A stretch of 64,000 nt of DNA from positions 264,924 to 328,923 of the forward strand of contig MCFH01000058.1 of assembly GCA_002104945.1 (NCBI GenBank), in the 5' to 3' direction. This DNA comes from Piromyces finnis finn. Lineage: Eukaryota > Fungi > Neocallimastigomycota. Position numbers and translations under genes: made by a program. The notes under the pieces are model-generated. The model worked only from the letters and a program-made list of their open reading frames with translations, did not search any database and had not been told where the DNA came from. Shown piece by piece: positions 12,839-23,645 of the stretch; the stretch's first letter is position 1; each line of letters opens with the position of its first letter.

Positions 12839-13939
12839 ATGGCAGAACAAAACTTTGCTAGCTCTTGGCAAACTATGGATGAAGTTAATCAACTCCGCGA
12901 AGATGCTAAAACTACTGCTGTAGACATTATGAACAGCGTTCAAGAAAACTTTGCTACTATTAGTCAAGTTAAAGACTTTGAAAAACATATTGAATCTCAG
13001 TTTCAAGAAATTAAAAGAAATACTGCTAATTTCGCACAAGTTTTGGAATCGGTCTCTAACAATATCAACACCATTCAAGAGTATTTAAATAAGAATGGAA
13101 AACCAAGTGGTGGTCAGCCAGACCTAACCCCTTCAGTTGCCCCATCTACATCTACAAAATATGATTTGGATTTTGATGTAATAATGAGATCAAAATATTC
13201 CACTCCAATAAATCAAGTTCCAGACCCAGGTCTTTTTTCTGGTGATCCTCATGAAACTGAACTATTCTGTCAAATTTGTGAAGATACTTTTAGCACCTAT
13301 CCTAATAAACATATGATGGAAGAAGCCAAAATTAATTTTGTTAAAACAAGATTAAGAGGAATTGCTAGAACTTGGTATTTAACAAGATACAGTGGAAATA
13401 CCCATCCCTCTACTATGTTCGAATTATTAGGAGAATTAAAAAACGCTTTTCCAAATGTTTCAAGCCGTAAATTAGCTAAGATCAAGCTAAGTAAATTGAA
13501 ACAAACATATGGAAAAATTAATGAATATATGGAAGAATTTAGATCATATATTCAATATTTTAACTGGGATCAAGAGGTTGTTACTCTTATGTTTTATACT
13601 GGTCTTCATCCTAAGTATCAAGAAGATATTGAAAGATTAGATGACTTTCCTACTACTCTCGAAGCTATTTTCACAAGATGTATTTTATTTGAACAAAACA
13701 ATGTTTCAAATAAAAAGTTAAACCAAATTAATAATAAAAGCCATGGAAGAAAAAATTCATTTTATAATAACAATAACAATAATTATAATAATAATAGAAA
13801 CAATTATCAAAAATATCACAATAATAATAATAACAATAATAATTTAAAATCTAATTATTCAACTAATAATAATGGTGGTAATAATAATAATAATTATTCC
13901 ACTACAAAAACCCAAAAAATTTCTTCAAAAAATTTTTAA
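12839..13939 (+). CDS. gag: Gag of E2
   Basis: 366-aa ORF homologous to E1 Gag; ends at slippery A-AAT-TTT (13930-13936) with the -1 frame open into pol. Confidence 0.92.
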   Translation: MAEQNFASSWQTMDEVNQLREDAKTTAVDIMNSVQENFATISQVKDFEKHIESQFQEIKRNTANFAQVLESVSNNINTIQEYLNKNGKPSGGQPDLTPSVAPSTSTKYDLDFDVIMRSKYSTPINQVPDPGLFSGDPHETELFCQICEDTFSTYPNKHMMEEAKINFVKTRLRGIARTWYLTRYSGNTHPSTMFELLGELKNAFPNVSSRKLAKIKLSKLKQTYGKINEYMEEFRSYIQYFNWDQEVVTLMFYTGLHPKYQEDIERLDDFPTTLEAIFTRCILFEQNNVSNKKLNQINNKSHGRKNSFYNNNNNNYNNNRNNYQKYHNNNNNNNNLKSNYSTNNNGGNNNNNYSTTKTQKISSKNF

Positions 13940-16900
13940 ACAATGAACACCATAAGACGTCAATGGATGTTCATAATACACCAAAAATTATTTATTATAA
14001 TTTCCCATCTCTAGAGAACAAAGAAAATCCCAATTTAAATTCATTTCTAACCTTTAATTCATATATTCCTAAAGAATTTCTAAATAACAACTCTAATTTT
14101 ATTACCAATTCTCCAATAACCTGTAATTCAATACTTGATTCAGGTTCCTCATGTAACTTTATTTCTACCATATTTGTAGAAAAATATAATTTAATTAAAA
14201 GAAAATTAAAAAACAAATTGATTATAAAAGGTATTAGTGGGTTTACTACTGATATCAATAATTATGTTTATTTAAAATTTCAATTAAAAATTTTTATCAA
14301 AAATAAATTTTATTTTATATCTTTTAAAGAAAAATTCTTAGTTTCAGAACATATTCCTATGGATTTATTATTTGGAAATAAATTCATGAAGAAATTTAAG
14401 ATTCATTTTAATTATAAAAATAATCATTTATATTGTAATAATTTTAAACACTTCAATAATAAGAATTTAAAAATTTTTTCAAAAAATTTAAAAATTTCTC
14501 ATTCTAAAAAAGATTTTAATAATTCATTTTCCGATAATACTAATAATAATTCTACTAATTTCTCTCATAAATCTAATCGTCAAGTTAAAGATAATAATTC
14601 TACGTCTTTTAATAAGAGTGATATCAATTATTTTATCCATTCATTTTTATCTGAAAATGTCGAAAATTTTGAAGATGATGAAGAAAATGACCTAACCCTT
14701 ATCATGGATGATATCCCTAATGAATATAAAGATCTTGCTGTTGTTTTCAGCAAATCAAAAGCTGATAAGTTACCTCCACACCGTTTAACTGATTGTAAAA
14801 TAGTCCTAGAAAATGACGCCACTTTACATTATGGACCTATCTATCCTTTATCAAGACAAGAGGAAGAAGCCTTACAAGAATATATTAATGAAAATCTTAA
14901 AAAAGGTTTTATTAGGCCCTCTGAATCTCCTGCAGGTTACCCTGTTGTTTTCCAGAAGAAAAAAGATGGCTCATTAAGGGTCTGTATTGATTACAAAAAG
15001 TTGAACGCTGTAACAGTAAGAAATTCGTACCCTTTACCTTTAATTTCAGATATCATTGAAAGGGTTAGGGGTTCAAAAATTTTCACTAAATTGGACTTGA
15101 GATCAGCTTATAATTTGATAAGAATAAAAGAAGGTGATGAATATAAGACTGCTTTTAGAACAAAGTTTGGTCATTACGAATATTTAGTAATGCCATATGG
15201 ATTAAAAAATGCTCCAGCAATATTTCAATCATTCATAAATTCAATATTACGCGAATATTTGGATAAATTTGTTATTTTATACATGGATGATATTTTAATT
15301 TTCTCAGAAAATCTCAACGATCATATCAACCATGTAAGATCTGTTTTAGATAAATTAATACAAAACAACTTATATGCAAAATTTGAAAAATGTGAATTTC
15401 ATAAAAATGAAGTTGAATTCTTAGGTTTCACTATTTCAGGTAATGGTATCTCTACTGATCCAAAGAAGATCGAAGCTATTAAAGAATGGCCTAGACCAAA
15501 ATGTGTTAAAGATGTTCAACGCTTTCTTGGTCTTTGTAATTATTATAGAAGGTTTGTTAATAATTTTGCCAAAATCGCCAAACCTTTACATAATTTAACT
15601 AGGAAAAATGTTAAGTTTCATTGGAATAAGATATGTGATGATGCTTTCGTAAATTTACAAAATAAATTAATTACCTCTCCCGTTTTAGTTTTTCCTGACA
15701 CTAATAGGCCGTTTATAGTAGAATGTGATGCCAGCAATTTCGCAATAGGTTCCGTTTTATCTCAATATGATGATGATAAAAAACTACATCCTGTTGCTTA
15801 TTTTTCCAGAAGTTTAAATGATACAGAAAGGAACTATTCTATTACAGATAAAGAACTTCTTTCTATTAAATCTGCTTTTTCGGCTTGGCGACATCTACTT
15901 TTAGGTGCTAAATTTAAAGTAAAGGTTTATACAGACCACCGCAATTTACTTTATACTTTAGGTGGAAAAATTCAAAATCAACGTCAACATCGTTGGCATC
16001 TCTTCTTTCAAGAATATGATTTTGAATTAATTTATCGCTAAGGAAGAAAAAATGGTAAGCCAGATAGTCTCTCTAGAAGACCTGATTATAATTCTGGTAA
16101 TGAACAAATAAAACCTGAGCATATTTTAGATATAAAAAATGTTAAAAACATTCCATGTTTTGTGGGAATTCTTAGTGACTTTATTGATAAAGTTATCGAA
16201 TATACTAAAACAGATAATACTGCAAACGATATTAGATTATATTTTGCACCAAATAATGCTAATCAAGGTTATTTTTATAGACCTTTTAGAAAAATGAATA
16301 AATTCAAGATTCAAAATAATATGATTCTTTATAATAATTTAATATATATTCCTGAAGCTTTAAGATTAGAAGTACTTATGCGATACCATGAAAATCCTGC
16401 TGCTGGTCATTTGGGTATTAAAAGAACTGAAGAATTAATTACTAGAAACTATTGGTGGCCAAAAATTCATAAAGATGTAACTGAATTTGTTAATTCTTGT
16501 GAAACTTGTACTAGAAACAAATTCAATAAACACAAAAAATATGGTCCTTTACAACCTTTAGAAACTCCTGATAGACCATGGCGTTCTGTTGAAATTGACT
16601 TTTTATGTGGTTTACCTGATTCTAAAGGATATACTGTTCTAATGGTTACTGTAGATAGATTTTCAAAAATGATTCATTTAGTTCCTTTTAAGAAAATACC
16701 TGATGCTAAACAAACAGCTACAGCTTTTATTAAAAATATATTCAAACTTCATGGATTACCTTCTGATATTTATACTGATCGCGGTTCTCAATTTACTAGT
16801 GATCTTTGGAATAGTTTAATGGAAGAACTTAAAGTTAAAACTAAAATTGCTACCACTGATCATCATGAAACGGTCGGGCAAGTTGAAAGATGTAACTCTT

Positions 16901-17643
16901 TTATTGAACAATATCTACGCTGTTATTCAAAGTCCTATTATCATGATGATTGGGTTGAATGGATTCACTTAGCCGAATTTGTTTATAACAATTCTATTAA
17001 TGAGTCTACCAAACAAAGTCCTTTCTTTATTAACTATGGATTCCACCCTCCTGTTGATGATGTTTTCCTTTATGACAAATCCTATACTAATAATAATTTT
17101 ATTAGAAATGTTTGTGATAATTTTAATTATGTTAAAGAAGTTTTATTTAGAGCCAAGGATTTATATAAAAAACATGCCGATAAGAAAAGGATGTCACCTC
17201 CTATATTTAAAGTTGGCGATAAAGTTTGGATTCAAGCTCCTCCATCCTTTTCTACGGAAGAAACTCCAAAACTTTCTCCTTGTAAATATGGACCCTATAA
17301 AGTTTTATATGTTTTGGAAAATAACAATTATAAAATAGATATACACAACTCTCCTTTCCCAAAACATCATCCAATCTTCCATATTTCGGAACTTGAACCT
17401 TTTATTCCTACCCCTTCAAGATTTTTATCAAGATCAAAGGATCCCGAATCAATTAAAGACATCATTGAGATTGCGGGTTTTCGAACTAATTATAAACTTA
17501 AACGGTATGAATACAAAATTAGATACAAATACCGTTCTCAATATAATTGGGTTCCTTCTAGTGAAGTTGAAGATAACCCAAGAAACCAAAATATCTTCTT
17601 ATTATATTTAAAGAACAATAGGAAGCCTATTGATATCGCTTAT

Positions 17644-17649
<6 letters not shown>
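13936..17649 (+). pseudogene. pol: Pol of E2 (PR-RT-RH-IN-chromodomain) with one in-frame stop at 16039-16041
   Basis: ORFs 13963-16041 and 16162-17649 share a frame; TAA where E1 has CAA (YRQGRKNGKPD); ILDSGS, YMDD, ECDAS, HHCC, GPY. Confidence 0.93.
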
Positions 17650-17677
<28 letters not shown>

Positions 17678-19424
17678 AGAGAAAGAGAGAGAGAATGAAA
17701 AAAAAAAATGAGAAAACTATTATAATACAAAATTACTTCAATTTAACCCATCACAGATTTAAAAATTGAAATTTCAAAAATTTTTATATTCACTATTTTT
17801 TAATTATAAAATTTATTTTTCAGCTTATTATTATTAATATTTTTAATATCAAATTTTAAAAATTTCAAAAAACATAAAAAACCCTTTAAAATCAAAATTT
17901 AAAATTTCAAAAAATTCAAAATTTCAATTATGACAGTTGTACAACATAAAAAATTTCAAAAACACATTTTTTATACAATACATATATGTATTTCATAACA
18001 AAATTTCATTTTTACCAATTTTTGACAACTTTTGAAATTTCGCGAAATGGCCATTTAAAATTCATTCCTCCATCCTCATGTGACCATTTCGAAATTTCAA
18101 AAATTTTGAAAATATTAAAATTTCAATATTTTAAATTCAATATAATATATTCCACTATCAAAAAATTGTCTAGTATCCAATTTTAGTGGAAGGGCGTTGT
18201 CAAAATCACAATTCATGAAATTTGACATTTCATGAAATTTCATAATTTTGAATTAATAGTTAAATTAATTAAAATATTAATTTAATAATATTTTACTAAT
18301 AATAGTTTATTTAATATAAATATTAATTGGAAAGCTATTTATTATCCGGAGATAAATAGAGTGTAACAATTAATTAATATTAAACAAACCAATTAGTAAA
18401 ATAAGATTCATTTAAATAATTATTAATATTATTTTTAACAACTTATTAATATCGATATTTAAAGAAAATTATATTATTATTACTATTATATCTTATTAAT
18501 ATTTATATTTATATTATTATACATGTATAACTTAAATTATATTATTATTATACTTTATTAATATCAACATTATATTAAAAATGAAGTATAAATAAATTGA
18601 ACAAAGAACAACTTTAAGAAGTTCTTTGTGAGATTATTATACTCATTTTTATATAGTAAATTCAATATTTAAAATTAATAATTATCATTTACTTATATTA
18701 TAAAAATTAAATAAAATATTTCTTAAAAAACTATATTTATTACTCTTTTATTTATAAAAATTTATTATTTACTATATAATTAAGCCTATCCTAACCTAGT
18801 AGACTTAATTATAATTCTAAATCCACTCTAACTCTTGACAAAAATTAAAAATTTTTTTTAAAATTTGAAAATTTGAAAATTTGAAAAAATTTATTTTTTA
18901 AATTTTTATTAAAAAATTTCAAAGTATAAAATTTCTAATATTTGAAATTATTAAATTTTTTAAAATTATTAAAATTTTATTATTAAAAATTTTATTTTAA
19001 ATTTATTTATTAACTATTTACAATAATTATATTAATTATTAATTTATAAAAATTAAATATTTTATAATTAGATAATAATTAATTAAAATTAAAAAATGTA
19101 ATAATTAAAATTGTTCATGTATAAAAAGAACAAAAATTGACAAAAATTACAAAGCTTTAGCGTTAGTAATTTTTTAACCTAAAGTTAATAAAATTTATAA
19201 ACTCCTATAAAACCTAAAACTTTAAAAATTTTAATATTTTTAATAACTTAATATATGCTGATATTAAGTTATTGCTAAAATAAAAATATTATTTAAATTT
19301 CTTTATATAAATATTATTAGCTTTACGCCTTCAATAGGAAAGCGTATTATATTTATTAATTAATATAACTAGTGTGCTTACCACACTTTTCTTTAATAAA
19401 AAATCGCTTTTTGACAGACTTTGT

Positions 19425-20045
19425 TGATAACGGATTGGTAGTTATATTATAACTTTTTAACTACTTCTTCTGTTATCTTATATTGTTTTATCTCGACAGC
19501 TGTTGAACGAGCTTTAACAATATCTACTAGTTTTATTAATTTATTTTAAGTTATTTTATAATTTTAATAGTTTTATTATTTTAATAATATTTATATAGAA
19601 TAATAACACCAGATTTATTCTATAAAATATTATTTATTATTAACACAATAATTACAAATTAGACAAGTTTAATTTCGTTTTTATATTTTCTTTTATTTAT
19701 TGTTCTTACGCTCTTTTTAACAATAATTTTTATTATATAAAAACTTATTTTTGTCTTTTAAATATTATTATGTATTCACTAATTAATTATATTAACTATT
19801 ATTAAAATTTAACTTATTATTAATAATCTAAGTCTTCTCATTTTCTACTAAAAATTATTATTATTCTTTATATTAAAAATTATTTTTATAATTTAACCCA
19901 ATCAAATATATAAATTTATAAAATATTTGATTTTATGTAAATTATATTTTTATAATAAACTATATAAAATTATTTAATAATTATTTTATAATAAAATTTT
20001 CTACTAATATCAAATTTATAATATATTTATAATTATTATTTATCA
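19425..20045 (+). mobile_element. Solo LTR (family J)
   Basis: TGATAAC...TTATCA with 4-bp TSD TTGT (19421-19424 / 20046-20049); partial copies at about 46455-46816 (reverse) and about 57270-57649. Confidence 0.8.
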
Positions 20046-20046
20046 T

Positions 20047-20545
20047 TGTAAGAAATATTTGTGGCCATAAGTTTGCCCACAAATATTTCAATTGAAACCA
20101 TATATTCTGGTCACCATTTATTGGCCAGATATATGTATAATCATATATTAATGGTTATTAATTAAATAGGAAGTTTATTTGCTTTACCCAATCAAGTGGT
20201 AAAGAAAATAAACTAATATAGTTAAATAGTATAGTTAAAACTAACGTTAAATACTTTAGCGTTAGTATTAAAGTAAATTAGTAACTATAATAATAATTAA
20301 TGTATATAATTATAATTAATAAATAAAAGATATAATTAATATAGAATTATTTAAGTAAACATTATTTCATAAAATCTTTATACGTTTGTTTGTAATTATT
20401 TTAGTGTTATAATATTTATTTTATTTCTTTTATTATTTTTTATAAAACTTTATTTAGTTATTAACTCGTATAGAGAGGTAATAACTAACTTAATTAGCTA
20501 AATATTAATAACTTATTAACTAATATTATAAAAACACCTTTTACA
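20047..20545 (+). mobile_element. Solo LTR (family H); its first bases are duplicated by the J insertion
   Basis: TGTAAG...TTTACA; inferred TSD GACTT/AACTT (4 of 5); starts with a perfect 13-bp inverted repeat GAAATATTTGTGG/CCACAAATATTTC; first 46 bp recur at 32470. Confidence 0.65.
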
Positions 20546-21342
20546 AACTTTTTTGATACAAGATGCATAGAAAAATATAATATTTTAAATATTTCATGAA
20601 TAATATCTAATCCTTTTATAAATTGTATATCAATTACTAGTGTTAATAATAATTAAACTATATTAGTATAAATTATTATGACGCAAATTTTACACATATA
20701 TTAGAATAGTTAATTACACAAGAAACGAAAAGATATAAAAATAGTGATAAAGAACAATACATAAAAGAAGAGAAAAAACTTTTCATATATAAATAATATT
20801 TGATATTTTAGTTTTAAGTATAAGTTCTATTTTATTTTATTTTAGTTACAGTTTATTTTAGTTTAGTTTTAGGTCACTAATTACGTATTTAGTATTTATT
20901 TATCATATTTAATTCAGTTTAAAATATTAATTATAAAAGAAAAGAATAATTATTGTTTATTTTTATTATTTCAAAAAGTTATATTTTATTATTAATAAGA
21001 ATTTTATCAACATATTTTTATATTTACATTTTATATTTAAGTATTTATATTCATTAAACAATAACTTTCGATTCTACTAGTATTGAATGTTATTAATGTT
21101 ATAATTATAATCATAATAATAATAATAATTAAATAAAGAAACTTTAAACCAAAATCTATTTAATTATATTATTATAAAATTTATTATTTTTATTATTTGT
21201 TTTTATTATTTATTTTTATTATTATAAAATAGAAATAAATACAATATTATCTAATATATTATTCAACTCTCATTCCCTATTGCTAACGTTCACAATTATA
21301 TTTTATTTATGGTGTTTTTGAAATATATTGCATCATAAAATT

Positions 21343-21359
21343 TGGTGGAGAATCCGGGC
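21343..21359 (+). other. tRNA-Ala-type PBS (TGGTGGAGAATCCGGGC)
   Basis: 17 nt complementary to a tRNA 3' end GCCCGGATTCTCCA-CCA; unusually placed 7 nt from the LTR end. Confidence 0.75.
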
Positions 21360-21610
21360 GTAGCAATATTGAATAATATGAAACAATAATAGTATTATTT
21401 CTATTCTAGTTATATTTTTTTATTTTTATTTTATTATTTTTAATTAAAATAAACTCTTTTATATAAATAAAACTTTCTACTATAAAACTATTAAATATAC
21501 ACAAATATTATTATATATATAATATAAAAAAAAAAAAAACATTATAATATTAATAAGTATAAGAAGTTATTATAAAAATTTATTTTAAAATAAATAAATA
21601 AATAATTCAA

Positions 21611-23645
21611 ATGGTAGACGCCACTAAAGTAAAAAGAGACCTTCCATACCTCTGCGATTATGGAAAGGATATTGATTCTTGGATGGAGGATTTTATAAGT
21701 GTCATGGAGATCCATGATATACAGGAGCCCTCTAGAATATTTGTGTGGTTAAAAGTTGCTGTTGAAGCGGATATCAAGAACGTTTTAAAATCTTTATGTA
21801 CCTCTCACAATAACGTTAAAAGGTATCCTAATTATAAAGAGGTACAATCTGCCATTGAAGATTATCTGGAAATAAAGTCAGGGGATAAATGTTCTGTATT
21901 AAAAACATTAAAAATTAAACAAAATGAAACTATAAAAAGCTTCAACTATAAATACTTAACTCTTTATCACCGTTTGGAAAGAGATTTTATGAAAATCATT
22001 TCTGTGGATGACTATTTAAATTCTATTAAGAAAAGAGTTTATCCACACTCCCAAGTTATATTAGCCGAATGTGAAACATTATCCGAAGCTTTTAAAGTTG
22101 CTGAAAAGGCTGAGAAAGCCGAAAGAAGAACCATAAAAAGTACTGAAACTAACAATATTTCTATGGTATACCAAAATACAAAAAATACTCGAAATGCTCT
22201 GTTAGACCATCCGTTATATAGAGGATTAGTAGATGAAGATAATGATAATATTAATCACAGCAATTTTAATAACTCTTATTCAAATTATGTACAAGAAAAG
22301 CCTATCAGAAGATCCTATCCAGGTACCCCAAGAAATTATGAAAATGTGTATTTTAATAATAGTAACTTCAGGAGTATCAAATGCTACTATTGCAAGCAAA
22401 TGGGACATAAAGCTAGTGAATGTCCAAATAAAAGAGAAAGAAATAATAGAAATAATTTCAATAATTTTAACCAATTTAATAACCAAAGAAATTCTTATAA
22501 TAGATATGGAAATTTATATAATGATTATGACAATAATAATTACAACAATAATAGTTATTTAAATGGATTCAATACTAATACTAATACTAATACTAATACT
22601 AATAACAACACCCAAAAGGGTAATAGAAACATTAATGAAAATAAATATATGGATTATTATCATACAAATAAATATAATAATATGAATAATAATTATATAT
22701 ACACCAATAATGATTATAAGAAAGGTAATTTTAATCCAAGTGGAAATTATAATTATAATGAAAGTAATAATATTAATAGCTACAATAATTATAATAATAA
22801 TATTGGATATAATGAATATTATAGTAATGGTTTTAATAGTTATTATAATAATTTTTTTTTTAACTTCCGAGTGCATTTCTCCCATCGATCAGAGTTAGCT
22901 CCAATGGTGGTTCTTAGAGAAACGTTGGCTCATTCCTATTGCTAGGTGGTTGTGACCCTCCTGGTCTGTCATACTGTTTCTTCAGCTTCGACGCTCACTT
23001 AATCCATGTACATTAGATGCATGTCGTTGTACGATATTTCACAACTACAATGCTAAGCCTCTTATAGTCAATTTGATCACGTGTCAACCGCCCCCTAATG
23101 TTTACACTTAAATTGATTAAGGAATATTATGTGTTTTTGGCATAGCCTAAGTCACCACTTATTAAGTTCTAATTTGGAATGTACCATGTACACTAGACCC
23201 TCTCAGGCCGGCTAGACGAGTGTTATTATCATAGTAGTAAATTAGAAAGTTCATTTATACTTACCTGAATATCATAACCCAACCCATGGCAAACCCAGTG
23301 GGAAAATCCACAGGCACTGACATCTGCGGGGTCGAACCAGAAGCCTTATGTATGCTAAGGAAACGCCTTAACAACCAGGATAAAAACTGGAACGACAGTT
23401 ATTATAATAAAAACAACACAATGAACAATAATGCATTTAATAATGTCAGTAATATCAATGAGAATAATATGAAGAATAACATTAGTGATAGTGATAACAG
23501 GAACGATATTAATAATAATTACCCTAATCAATTAAATAATCAATATTATAATAATTATTATAATAAGAACTTACCAGAACATAATTACAATAAAACAACC
23601 AAAATTAATTTAAATAATCCACCTGAATCAAATAATTTAAACTAG
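21611..23645 (+). pseudogene. gag: Gag of E3 (CCHC knuckle CYYCKQMGHKASEC), interrupted by a poly(A) insertion
   Basis: Removing 22852-23410 (insert plus one TSD, 559 nt) joins ORF 21611 in frame to the Asn-rich tail ending TTTAAAC-TAG. Confidence 0.85.
22852..23396 (-). mobile_element. Non-LTR (TPRT-type) insertion, SINE-like or 5'-truncated LINE
   Basis: 14-bp TSD AGTTATTATAATAA (22838-22851 / 23397-23410); T10 run at the left end (poly-A on the minus strand); much higher GC than the host gag. Confidence 0.88.

Larger units (their letters stand above)
12162..18840 (+). mobile_element. E2: full-length chromovirus-type Ty3/gypsy element (LTR family B)
   Basis: 643-bp LTRs 12162-12804 and 18198-18840 (one difference seen), TSD AAAAT, PPT AGTGGAAGGGCGT, gag plus pol. 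Confidence 0.98.
12110..19416 (+). mobile_element. Solo LTR (family I) 13 bp upstream of tRNA-Cys, split by E2
   Basis: TGTCACA...TTTGACA with 5-bp TSD GACTT (12105-12109 / 19417-19421); the same LTR start recurs at 46090 and about 46312; orientation inferred. Confidence 0.85.

Noticed and set aside
16039-16041. RIP-like mutation (CpA to TpA)
   Set aside because: A single event; LTR pairs are near-identical and the other lesions are not in a CpA context.
22954-22996. Hammerhead or HDV ribozyme call for the CTGAAGA-containing block
   Set aside because: No stem II followed by GAAA at the required position, and no P1/P2 pairing found by eye; kept only as an unassigned structured motif.
23210-23266. 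Intron-like GTAAGT...CTAAT...CTAG (minus strand) inside the poly(A) insertion
   Set aside because: Short signals are frequent in AT-rich DNA, and a retained intron conflicts with retroposition; no evidence of splicing.
23286-23645. 119-aa ORF starting MANPVGK as a separate gene
   Set aside because: A chimera of the antisense of the poly(A) insertion and the true gag tail.
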